From Acidimicrobiia bacterium (GTDB lineage Bacteria > Actinomycetota > Acidimicrobiia > Spongiisociales > ZC4RG35), in the NCBI GenBank assembly GCA_036556085.1, contig DATBKE010000170.1, positions 1 to 55,720 of the forward strand: DNA of 55,720 nucleotides. The letters are read 5' to 3'. Position numbers and translations under genes: made by a program. The notes below the pieces were generated by a model that saw only the letters and a program-made list of their open reading frames with translations, had not been told where the DNA came from and searched no databases. Below, piece after piece: positions 18,079 through 26,488 of this stretch. Position 1 is the stretch's first letter. The number at the start of each line of letters is the position of its first letter.

Positions 18079-20589
18079 CTATTCGTAACTTATGGCCTCG
18101 AGAATGTTGCGGCGCGAAGCTCTCCAGGCCGGGACGGCTGCGGCCAGGAGACCGGCGAGAGCGGCACCGATCAGAGAGAGCCCCACTCGTCCCCAGGGAA
18201 TCGACATGCGAAGGATCTCGTCGTCGAGGGCGGTGATCACCGCCCAGGCGAAGGTGAGCCCGAGTCCCATGCCCAGCGCGGCGCCAAGGAGGGCGATCAG
18301 GATCGCCTCCCAGTTGATGGCCGTCCGGAGCTGGCGGCGGCTGAGGCCGACGGCGCGGAGAAGTCCGATCTCCCGTCGACGCTCCAGCACCGAAAGGGTC
18401 AGGGTGTTGGTGATGCCGATCAGCGCCACCACCACCGCGACCCCGAGGAGACCGAAGACCAGTCGTACGAGTTCGTCGATCCGCGAGGACGCTTCGGTGG
18501 CGAGTTCTTCCTGATCAAGTACCTGGCTGCCGACGTAGCGGGCAGTGACTGACTCGACTTGGTCCCGGCCGTTCTCAAGTGAGACCCCGGGGGCGAGATC
18601 GAGAAAGATCTGCGAGTCGAATTGCTCGGTGAAGTTGTCGGCGAAGGTCTCGGAATCCACAAGCAATCCGGCTCCGATCCCGCGGGCCTCGAAGATCGCC
18701 GCCAGCTCCAAGGACTGCTCGCCCGTCCGGGCGAATTCGATGGTGACCGAGTCGCCGATCGATAGACCTTCGGCGAGGCCGCTCCGCATTCCGATTCGAT
18801 CGCCGGCGATGTCGGCGATGTCGCCGTCTGTGATTGTGAAATTGACCAGGCCGGGCAGAAGGGAGGTGGGTCCGCCGAGCAGGGTGCGGTTCTCGCCCCG
18901 GTACAAAACCTGACCGTCGCGGACCGCGGCGAGCGAGGCCACCTCCGGCAAGTTCGCGAGCTCGGCTGCCAGCTGAGGAGAGAGGCGACCCGCTCCGAAT
19001 CCAGCCGGCCCCACCACCAGATCGGCCTCGAACCTGTCCCCGATAAGCCGGTCAGCCGTCGTCTTCAAAGAGTCCGCCAGCACCAGCGTGAGGCCGACGA
19101 GAGCGAGTCCCACCATGAGAGCCGAGGCGGTCGCTGCCGTTCGCCTCGGGGATCGACCGGCATTCTCCACCGCCAGTTGTCCCGGCACTCCTAGCCGGGT
19201 GAGGGGCGCACCAACCGCGGAAGTGGCCTGCCGTGCGAATACCGCAGCGAGGACTGCCATTCCGATGAAGACGATGCCGGCTCCGGATCCAACCAGCACC
19301 AGGTTCGACACCGGGAGTTCGAGCCCGAGCAGCCCGACTGCGAGCAGGCCGACTCCGGCCAGCGTGATCAAAAGGCCAGCGATGCCTCGACGCCGCTTAG
19401 TTATCGGCGACTCCGGCGCCAACACTCGGCGGAGAGAGGCGATGGGATTGATCCGGCTCGCTCCTCGGGCCGGAAGAAGCGCCGAGGCGAGCGTGATGAC
19501 CAGGCCCGTCGCCACCGCCACCAACACCGTCCGGGGAGCGAGCTCGAATGGGGCCGCTGGCAGCGTTCCCCCGAAGGCAAGCAAGCTCCTGATCGCTTGG
19601 GCCAGCACCACGCCCAGCACAAGGCCCAAGGCCGAGGCCACCAGACCGACGAGTCCGGCCTCGACCAGAACCAAGCTGAGGACCTGACTGCGGGAGGCCC
19701 CCACCAGGCGCAGGGTGGCCAGCTCATGCGTTCGCTGCGCAACGATGATCCGAAACGTGTTCTGAATTAGAAAGGCGGCGACGAACACGGTGACCCCGGC
19801 GAATACCAACAGGAAGGTGTTCAAGAAACCGAGCGCCTCTTTGAAAGTGGCCAGCTGCTCTTCGGCCGCGCTTTGGGCAGACACTGCCTCGATTCCCTCG
19901 GGAAGCACGGTCTCGACCCGCTCGATCATCGCCTCGAGTGGCTCATCGGTCTCGATCTCGATCGTGAGGACTTGTCCTTCGAGGTCGAGCAATCTCTGAG
20001 CGGTCTCCAGGGTTACGTACACCGAAACCGCTCCGCCGAATGATTCGAATCCCTCGATAGCAGCGGTTCCGGAGAGCCGCAGAATCTGGGGTTCTCCAAC
20101 GCCGGTGACGACGATCTCGTCTCCCAGGTCCAGGCCGGCTCGTGTGGCTGTGGACGGATCGAGGGCACCTTCCCCGGGGCCGGGCTCTTCCCCGCTCCTT
20201 ACCGAGAAGGCGTCAACCAACTCCGGCCAGCTGACGACAAACGTCGGCGAGGTGCCGTTGTTCAGGCTCTCCCCGCCAGCCGCTACCTGAGCAAATCCAA
20301 AAATGCTCCCACGGGCGGCATCGATCCCAGGAAGCCTGGCGATCTCGTCCGCCAACTCCTCTGGAAGAGGAGCGCCCTGGGTAAAGGCCAGGTCTTCGTC
20401 GACCTCGGGTCGAACCTGGAGATCGAAGCCAGACAGCGTGGCAGAGAAGAGATCATCGAAGGCCTGGTCGAGAGAGTCGGTGAACATGTAGCTCGCCGCC
20501 ACCAATCCCACCCCCAGCGCGATCGAAAGGGCGGTGAGGGCGAACCGCAAACGATGGCCGATCAACCCCTTCCAGGCGGCGTTCCACAT
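18079..20589 (-). CDS. ABC transporter permease, duplicated MacB/FtsX type
   Basis: RFALTALSIALGV, FRIIVAQRTHELATLRLVGA, LSVLERRREIGLLRAVG; multiple TM segments. Confidence 0.92.
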   Translation of the reverse strand: MWNAAWKGLIGHRLRFALTALSIALGVGLVAASYMFTDSLDQAFDDLFSATLSGFDLQVRPEVDEDLAFTQGAPLPEELADEIARLPGIDAARGSIFGFAQVAAGGESLNNGTSPTFVVSWPELVDAFSVRSGEEPGPGEGALDPSTATRAGLDLGDEIVVTGVGEPQILRLSGTAAIEGFESFGGAVSVYVTLETAQRLLDLEGQVLTIEIETDEPLEAMIERVETVLPEGIEAVSAQSAAEEQLATFKEALGFLNTFLLVFAGVTVFVAAFLIQNTFRIIVAQRTHELATLRLVGASRSQVLSLVLVEAGLVGLVASALGLVLGVVLAQAIRSLLAFGGTLPAAPFELAPRTVLVAVATGLVITLASALLPARGASRINPIASLRRVLAPESPITKRRRGIAGLLITLAGVGLLAVGLLGLELPVSNLVLVGSGAGIVFIGMAVLAAVFARQATSAVGAPLTRLGVPGQLAVENAGRSPRRTAATASALMVGLALVGLTLVLADSLKTTADRLIGDRFEADLVVGPAGFGAGRLSPQLAAELANLPEVASLAAVRDGQVLYRGENRTLLGGPTSLLPGLVNFTITDGDIADIAGDRIGMRSGLAEGLSIGDSVTIEFARTGEQSLELAAIFEARGIGAGLLVDSETFADNFTEQFDSQIFLDLAPGVSLENGRDQVESVTARYVGSQVLDQEELATEASSRIDELVRLVFGLLGVAVVVALIGITNTLTLSVLERRREIGLLRAVGLSRRQLRTAINWEAILIALLGAALGMGLGLTFAWAVITALDDEILRMSIPWGRVGLSLIGAALAGLLAAAVPAWRASRRNILEAISYE

Positions 20590-20591
20590 GA

Positions 20592-21332
20592 TTACGCCTC
20601 GAGGTGATGGAGGCGATCGATGACCCTATCGGTGCTGGGGGAGGCCATCTCGTCGATCACGTGGCCATCCGCCAGGAACACGATCCGATCGGCCTGCGCA
20701 GCCGCGCTCGGATCGTGTGTCACCAAGACGATTGTCTGCGAGAAATCGTCCACCGCCTTGCGAAGGAAATCGAGCAGCTGAGCGCCCGACCTTGAATCGA
20801 GGTTGCCCGAAGGCTCGTCCGCAAAGATCAGATCGGGTCGAGTGATCAGTGCTCGGGCGGCGGCGACGCGCTGTTGTTGACCACCGGAGAGTTGGCTGGG
20901 CCGATGATCGAGGCGATCTCCGAGGTGCAGGGTCGAGACGACCACATCGAGCCAGTCGCGATCGGGCTGCCGTCCGGCGATCGATAGAGGAAGGACGATG
21001 TTCTCGGCGGCGGTAAGAGTCGGGACCAAATTGAAAGCTTGGAACACAAAGCCAATGCGATCACGACGAAGCCGGGTGAGGGCGTTGTCGTCGAGAGTGG
21101 CGAGATCGACGTCTCCGATCAGCACTCGACCCGACGTGAGCTCATCAAGTCCGGCCAGGCAATGGAGGAGAGTCGACTTTCCCGAGCCTGATGCGCCCAT
21201 GATGGCTGTGAAGCGGCCCCGCTCGACCTCGAGCGAGATCCTGTCGAGGGCTCGGACCGCGGCACTGCCCTCGCCGTAAACCTTGACCACCTCAATTGCC
21301 CGCGCGGCTGGCAGGGCGGCGGTGACCGGCAT
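20592..21332 (-). CDS. ABC transporter ATP-binding protein (LolD/MacB-like)
   Basis: GASGSGKST, LSGGQQQRV, FADEPSGNLD, VTHD. Confidence 0.95.
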   Translation of the reverse strand: MPVTAALPAARAIEVVKVYGEGSAAVRALDRISLEVERGRFTAIMGASGSGKSTLLHCLAGLDELTSGRVLIGDVDLATLDDNALTRLRRDRIGFVFQAFNLVPTLTAAENIVLPLSIAGRQPDRDWLDVVVSTLHLGDRLDHRPSQLSGGQQQRVAAARALITRPDLIFADEPSGNLDSRSGAQLLDFLRKAVDDFSQTIVLVTHDPSAAAQADRIVFLADGHVIDEMASPSTDRVIDRLHHLEA

Positions 21333-21441
21333 AGCGGAGGGGAGGCTAGGAGAGGGCTGCCCTTATCCATGCGGGTCGTTCCTGACATGGGTTAAGGTCG
21401 GGTTCGACCGGTTCTATTGGTCCCGAGCTTGGAGGTGACGA

Positions 21442-22584
21442 ATGGACAGACGCGAATTCCTCGGCTCAGCCGGAAAGGGTGCTCTCGGAGCGGCGGCCAT
21501 CGGCCTTGCGGCCTGCAACCCGGCAACCGATGCGGGAGCGACCACTTTGGCGGCCGAAGCGGCGGGAGACGACAGCCTTCCTCAGATCGAATGGCAGATG
21601 GCAACCAGCTGGCCCGCAGCCCTCGACACCATTTTTGGTGGGGCAACCTATTTCGCTGAGAGGGTCTCCGCCCTTTCCGGAGGGCGCTTCGTGGTTGATG
21701 CCCGGGAAGGAGGAGAGCTGGTTCCCGCGCTCGAGGTGCTGCAATCGGTGCAGTCGGGCGGAGTCCAATCGGGACACACCGCTTCGTACTACTACACCGG
21801 CTTGTCTCCGGTGACCGCCTTCGGAACAGCGCTTCCATTCGGGTTGACCTACCGCGAACAGAACGCCTGGTTGTATGCAGGCGGAGGGCTCGAGCAGCTC
21901 CAGGAGTACTACGCCGCCAACTACAACACGATCCAGTTCCCTGCCGGGAACACCGGTGTGCAGATGGGTGGCTGGTTCAACAAGGAGATCAACAGCGTGG
22001 CCGACCTCCAGGGCTTGCGCTTTCGCACCGCTGGTCTCAATGCGCAGATGCTCTCGAAGCTGGGAGTTCAAGTGCAGACACTTCCTGGGGCGGAAATCTT
22101 TCAGGCCCTGCAAACGGGGGCGATCGACGCGGCGGAGTGGGTCGGTCCCTATGACGATTTGAAGCTCGACTTCCCCTCCGTCGCCCAGTTCTACTACTAC
22201 CCCGGGTTCTGGGAGCCAGCACCAACGCTCGAGGTGCAGATCGGGCTCGACACCTGGAATGAGCTCCCCTCGCTCTACCAGGACATCGTCCGTTCGGCGG
22301 CCAAGGAAGCCAACATGAACATGATGAATCAGTACGACTTCCTCAATCCGGGGGCGTTGAACGAGATCGTGGAGAGCGGAAACGTCGAATTACGTCCGTT
22401 CCCCGATGACGTACTGGCCGCGGCGGAGGAGGCTGCTTTCGAGCTCTACGACGAACTAGGGGCCCAGACTCCGGAATTCGCCGAGATCTTCGAGGGCTGG
22501 AACACGTTCCGTGAGACCTTGCACGGATGGTTTGGGGTTGCTGAGCGATCGTTCCTGACTTACGCCGCCCAACCACCGGCGTAG
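21442..22584 (+). CDS. dctP: TRAP transporter substrate-binding protein (TakP-like), predicted Tat lipoprotein
   Basis: MDRREFL twin-arginine motif, LAAC lipobox, WQMATSWP, GNTGVQMGGWF, GLRFR, DAAEWVGPYDD, YYYPGFWEP. Confidence 0.92.
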   Translation: MDRREFLGSAGKGALGAAAIGLAACNPATDAGATTLAAEAAGDDSLPQIEWQMATSWPAALDTIFGGATYFAERVSALSGGRFVVDAREGGELVPALEVLQSVQSGGVQSGHTASYYYTGLSPVTAFGTALPFGLTYREQNAWLYAGGGLEQLQEYYAANYNTIQFPAGNTGVQMGGWFNKEINSVADLQGLRFRTAGLNAQMLSKLGVQVQTLPGAEIFQALQTGAIDAAEWVGPYDDLKLDFPSVAQFYYYPGFWEPAPTLEVQIGLDTWNELPSLYQDIVRSAAKEANMNMMNQYDFLNPGALNEIVESGNVELRPFPDDVLAAAEEAAFELYDELGAQTPEFAEIFEGWNTFRETLHGWFGVAERSFLTYAAQPPA

Positions 22585-22602
22585 GCGTCGACTGACCCGA
22601 CA

Positions 22603-22636
22603 GAGGGCCCGGGGGATCGCCCCCGGGCTCTTCTTT
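22603..22636 (+). terminator. Intrinsic terminator after dctP
   Basis: GAGGGCCCGGGGG-ATCG-CCCCCGGGCTC followed by TTCTTT; abuts the stop of the convergent dctM. Confidence 0.75.
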
Positions 22637-23978
22637 ATGTCAGACCAGCTTGTTCAACCAGCCAGAGCACGGTTTGGGGGAAGAAGGCCACGATCACCAA
22701 GGCCACCGCTTGCAAAGCCATAAAGGGCAGCGCTCCGCGATGGATGTCGGCGGTACGGACCTCGGGTGGGGCCACGCTCTGCAAATAGAAGAGAGAGAAC
22801 CCGACCGGCGGCGAGATGAACGCCATGTTCAGGTTGATGGCCATCATCACCGAGAACCAGATCAGGTCGATGCCGAGGAGTTGGGCGGCGGGAACGAAGA
22901 GCGGCAACACGATGAAGCTGATCTCAAGAAACTCGAGGTTGATCCCGAGCAGGAATACCACGAGGTTGGCAACGACGATGAAGCCCCAGACCCCTCCCGG
23001 GATATCGGTCAACCACTCAGTGATCAGCCGTTGCCCGCCGAGCCGATCGAAGACCAGGGCGAAAAACGTGGAGGCCAGGAGGATTTGAAGGACGAGGCCA
23101 GTGATGTTGGCAGTGGTCCGCGCGGCCGCCTTGATCATTTGCCAGTTCAATCCGCGGTTTGCGGCGGCTAGAAGGCAGGCGCCGATCGCACCTACCGACC
23201 CGGCCTCCGTAGGAGTGGCAATCCCGAAAAAGATGCTGCCCAGCACCGAGAGGATCAGGAGGATCGATGGAACAACCGCCACCAGCGCCTCCCGAAAAAG
23301 CGCCCAACCGTGCAGGGTGCGCGCCTCGGGTGGAAGTGCTGGGGCAACGTCGGGTCGGACCTGGGCGATGATGAGCACGTAAACGGCGTAGAGACCGGCC
23401 AAAATCACTCCTGGGATCAGCGCTCCGGCAAACAACTCGCCCACCGAGACGTTCGGCATCTGGCTCGAGATGACGATAAGCACCAGGCTGGGGGGAATGA
23501 GCTGCGCCAATGTTCCGGAAGCCGTGATGATTCCCGTCGCCAGCCTGTGGTCGTACTTGTAACGCAGCATCACCGGCAGTGACAGGATCCCCATCACGAT
23601 CACCGTCGCCGCGACGACTCCCGTGGCCGCCGCCAGCAGGGTTCCAACCACGACAACTGCCAGAGCCAGCCCACCCCGGAGCGAGCCCATCAGCAGTCCA
23701 ATCGTGGTCAGCAGCCGTTCGGCTAGTCCCGATTTCTCAAAGATCGCCCCCATAAATACGAAGAAGGGGATTGCGACCAGGACGAAGTTGGCCACGCCAT
23801 CGGAGAACCATCGGTTGAAGAGCAAGTTCAAATTGGCCAGCGGAAACACGTCGAGCAGGATCCCCAAGACCGAGAAGACAATCGCCGTGCCCGCAAAAGA
23901 AAAGGCGACCGTGTACCCGGCCAGGAGAAGGCCGAGGAAAATGACGAACATCAAGATCGCCAGCCATTCGAGGCTCAC
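22635..23978 (-). CDS. dctM: TRAP transporter large permease
   Basis: [47 protein letters not shown]. Confidence 0.95.
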   Translation of the reverse strand: MSLEWLAILMFVIFLGLLLAGYTVAFSFAGTAIVFSVLGILLDVFPLANLNLLFNRWFSDGVANFVLVAIPFFVFMGAIFEKSGLAERLLTTIGLLMGSLRGGLALAVVVVGTLLAAATGVVAATVIVMGILSLPVMLRYKYDHRLATGIITASGTLAQLIPPSLVLIVISSQMPNVSVGELFAGALIPGVILAGLYAVYVLIIAQVRPDVAPALPPEARTLHGWALFREALVAVVPSILLILSVLGSIFFGIATPTEAGSVGAIGACLLAAANRGLNWQMIKAAARTTANITGLVLQILLASTFFALVFDRLGGQRLITEWLTDIPGGVWGFIVVANLVVFLLGINLEFLEISFIVLPLFVPAAQLLGIDLIWFSVMMAINLNMAFISPPVGFSLFYLQSVAPPEVRTADIHRGALPFMALQAVALVIVAFFPQTVLWLVEQAGLT

Positions 23979-23999
23979 GGTCCGCCAACCGTCACTTGG

Positions 24000-24611
24000 T
24001 CATTCGATTCTCAACGGCTCTTCGTGTTCTTCGATTTCGACCAGCTCCTCGTGCCCTCGCAGGATGATGATCAACTTGACCACCTCCGCCAGGGCTTGCA
24101 GCACGAGGATGACCATGACTACGAGGATCAAGGTCTTGATCGGGTAGTACGCCAGCCCTCCTTCGGGAGATGTCTCCCGTGCGCGCCAAGACGTACGGGC
24201 AGCCGGGTAGGAGATGTAGACGCCGAGCAACGCAAAAGGAATCAAACCGACGAAATGCCCGATGAGGTCAATCCAGGCCCTGCGATGGAGGCTTTGTTTT
24301 GTGTACCAGAAGTCGACTCGCACGTTTATCTGATGCTTGAGCACGTAGGGCAAAGCAAACAAAAAGATCAGCCCGTACACATACCACTGCGCTTCGATCA
24401 CCTCGTTGGTGGTGAGTCGAGCTCCGACTAACTCCCCAACGTAACGAAGGATGACGTTGCCAAATCCGATTAGAACCAGCACAGGCACCAAGTAGAGCGC
24501 AGCGATTCCCAGCCACTCCGAGAACCGGTCCATCGCTCTTTGAAAGCCCTGGGCGGCTCGCAATAGGGGTCCGAATGGTCGGGTCCTTGAGCTGTTGGCA
24601 GTGGCGGTCAA
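24000..24611 (-). CDS. dctQ: TRAP transporter small permease
   Basis: EAQWYVYG, HVRVD-like NVRVDFWY, four TM segments. SD AAGGAGG before TTG 24611, with TATGCT -10 at 24641-24636. Confidence 0.9.
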   Translation of the reverse strand: MTATANSSRTRPFGPLLRAAQGFQRAMDRFSEWLGIAALYLVPVLVLIGFGNVILRYVGELVGARLTTNEVIEAQWYVYGLIFLFALPYVLKHQINVRVDFWYTKQSLHRRAWIDLIGHFVGLIPFALLGVYISYPAARTSWRARETSPEGGLAYYPIKTLILVVMVILVLQALAEVVKLIIILRGHEELVEIEEHEEPLRIE

Positions 24612-24645
24612 CCCCCTCCTTTCGGCCGGTCGCCGAGCATAACGA

Positions 24646-25122
24646 TCACTTACGCGGCGGGTCGGTGATGACAAAAGAGTGCTGTCGCCAAGCTTCGTAG
24701 ACGGCGATCGCGGCGGCATTGGCGAGGTTGAGACTTCGCACCCCGGGTTGCATGGGAATTTGGACCAAATCGGTGACGAAGGGAGCCCGCATTACGTCGT
24801 CGGGAAGACCGACGGATTCGGGGCCAAAGAGGAGGCTGTCGCCAATCTCATAACCGACATCGCTATACCTCGTCTCCCCCTGGTTGGAGAACGCAAAGAC
24901 TCGCCGCGGGCGCGCATCTTTTATCCAAGCCGCTAGATCATGGTGGATGACAACCACGGCTCGATCTCGATAATCCATGCCCGCTCGGCGCAGCTTTGAA
25001 TCGTCGAGGGCGAATCCGAGCGGCTCGATGAGATGGAGGTGGCAGCCGGCATTGGCCGCCAGACGCATGCATGCGCCGGTGTTGGGGGCAATCTCCGGTC
25101 GATAGAGAACCAGGTTGAACAG
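24646..25122 (-). CDS. trmL: tRNA (cytidine/uridine-34-2'-O)-methyltransferase (SPOUT)
   Basis: VLYRPEIAPNTG, RRAGMDY, LLFGPESVGLP, IPM...RSLNLANA, YEAWRQ. Start uncertain (CTG 25122 or TTG 25155). Confidence 0.92.
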   Translation of the reverse strand: MFNLVLYRPEIAPNTGACMRLAANAGCHLHLIEPLGFALDDSKLRRAGMDYRDRAVVVIHHDLAAWIKDARPRRVFAFSNQGETRYSDVGYEIGDSLLFGPESVGLPDDVMRAPFVTDLVQIPMQPGVRSLNLANAAAIAVYEAWRQHSFVITDPPRK

Positions 25123-25129
25123 GCCCGCC

Positions 25130-26488
25130 TCAGCCCGCCAGGAGGCGCAGAGCAACTGCTTCGGCCAGGATCGACTTCTCCAGGTCACCGAGATGCTGGC
25201 TTTCGTTCGGCCCGTGAAAAGCAGACGTCGGATCTCCGGCGCCGATCAGGATCACCGGGGCTCCGGGCATCTGAGCCGAGAACGCGGCCACGAAAGGAAT
25301 CGAGCCTCCCGAACCCATCTCCACCGGGGGGGTATCCCAAACAGTTGCCATTGCTTCTCGAAAGGCTTCAAAAGCCGGAGCGTCGGTGGCGAGCGCGAAG
25401 GCATCACCAAAGCCATCTGATCGCACCACGAGCTCTGCTCCCCACGGAACATTCGCTTCCAAGTGGCGTCGCAGAGCCTCCTCGGCCTCTCTGCCATCCT
25501 GACCTGGGGCGAGCCGCATCGACACCTTGGCCGCCGCCACCGGCACCAGTTGGTTGATCGCCTCCGAGATCCGGGGAGCATCGATGGCGAGCACCGAAAT
25601 AGCGGGCTTCGACCACATGCGACTGGTCCAGCCGCCGTCGCCGATCGATTTCAATCCGTCCACCGCTCCCGCCTGTTGCCTGACTTCGTCCTCGGTCAGA
25701 TCGAGCGGGTCGCTCTCAAAGGCCACCAGGCCGGGGACCGAGACGTTGCCACCGTCGTCGTGAAGGGTGGCCAACAATCTACAAAGGGTGGTGATGGCGT
25801 CTGGGAAGGCCCCGCCGAACTGTCCCGAATGCACGGCTGAGCCCAGTGTTCGGACTTCGACAATGCAGGCCGTGATTCCGCGCAGGGAAGTCGTGATAGC
25901 CGGCACACCCACTCGCCAGGTGCCAGCGTCGGCGATGACGATCACGTCCGAGCGCAGCTGCTCGGAATACTGCTCGAGGAACTCTTCGAGGTGGCTCGAT
26001 CCCACTTCTTCTTCCCCTTCGAAGAAGAACTTCACCCCTACCGGCGGCTTCCCGCCAAAAGCGCGCAGCATGCCCAGATGCATGATGACGCCCGACTTAT
26101 CGTCCGACGACCCCCGGCCGTAGAGCCTGCCTTCGCGTTCGAAGGGTTCGAAAGGACCCGTCTGCCACTCCTCGACCGGTCCCGGTGGCTGGACGTCGTG
26201 ATGGGCGTAGAGAAGCACGGTGGGCGTGCCGGGAGGGCCGGCCGCTTCTCCGTAGACGGCGGGATGGGCTCCCTCCAGCTCTAGCAGTTCAACGTTCTCC
26301 GCACCCGCTTCGGTCAGCAGACGAGCTACCGCTTCCGCAGAACGGCGGACCTCGGCCGCCGGGTAGGAGGGCGCACTTACCGAGGGGATCCGGACCAGAT
26401 CGGCGAGGGTTTCCTTCATGTGCGGAAAGTCGTCGGCGACAGCTTGGCGAAGATCTTCGTGCATGCGGTCAAGGCTACCGATCGTCAT
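25130..26488 (-). CDS. M20/M25/M40 metallopeptidase (dipeptidase)
   Basis: LLYAHHDVQP, GRGSSDDKSG, EGEEE, HSGQFGG, GSGGSIPF, FHGPNE. Confidence 0.92.
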   Translation of the reverse strand: MTIGSLDRMHEDLRQAVADDFPHMKETLADLVRIPSVSAPSYPAAEVRRSAEAVARLLTEAGAENVELLELEGAHPAVYGEAAGPPGTPTVLLYAHHDVQPPGPVEEWQTGPFEPFEREGRLYGRGSSDDKSGVIMHLGMLRAFGGKPPVGVKFFFEGEEEVGSSHLEEFLEQYSEQLRSDVIVIADAGTWRVGVPAITTSLRGITACIVEVRTLGSAVHSGQFGGAFPDAITTLCRLLATLHDDGGNVSVPGLVAFESDPLDLTEDEVRQQAGAVDGLKSIGDGGWTSRMWSKPAISVLAIDAPRISEAINQLVPVAAAKVSMRLAPGQDGREAEEALRRHLEANVPWGAELVVRSDGFGDAFALATDAPAFEAFREAMATVWDTPPVEMGSGGSIPFVAAFSAQMPGAPVILIGAGDPTSAFHGPNESQHLGDLEKSILAEAVALRLLAG

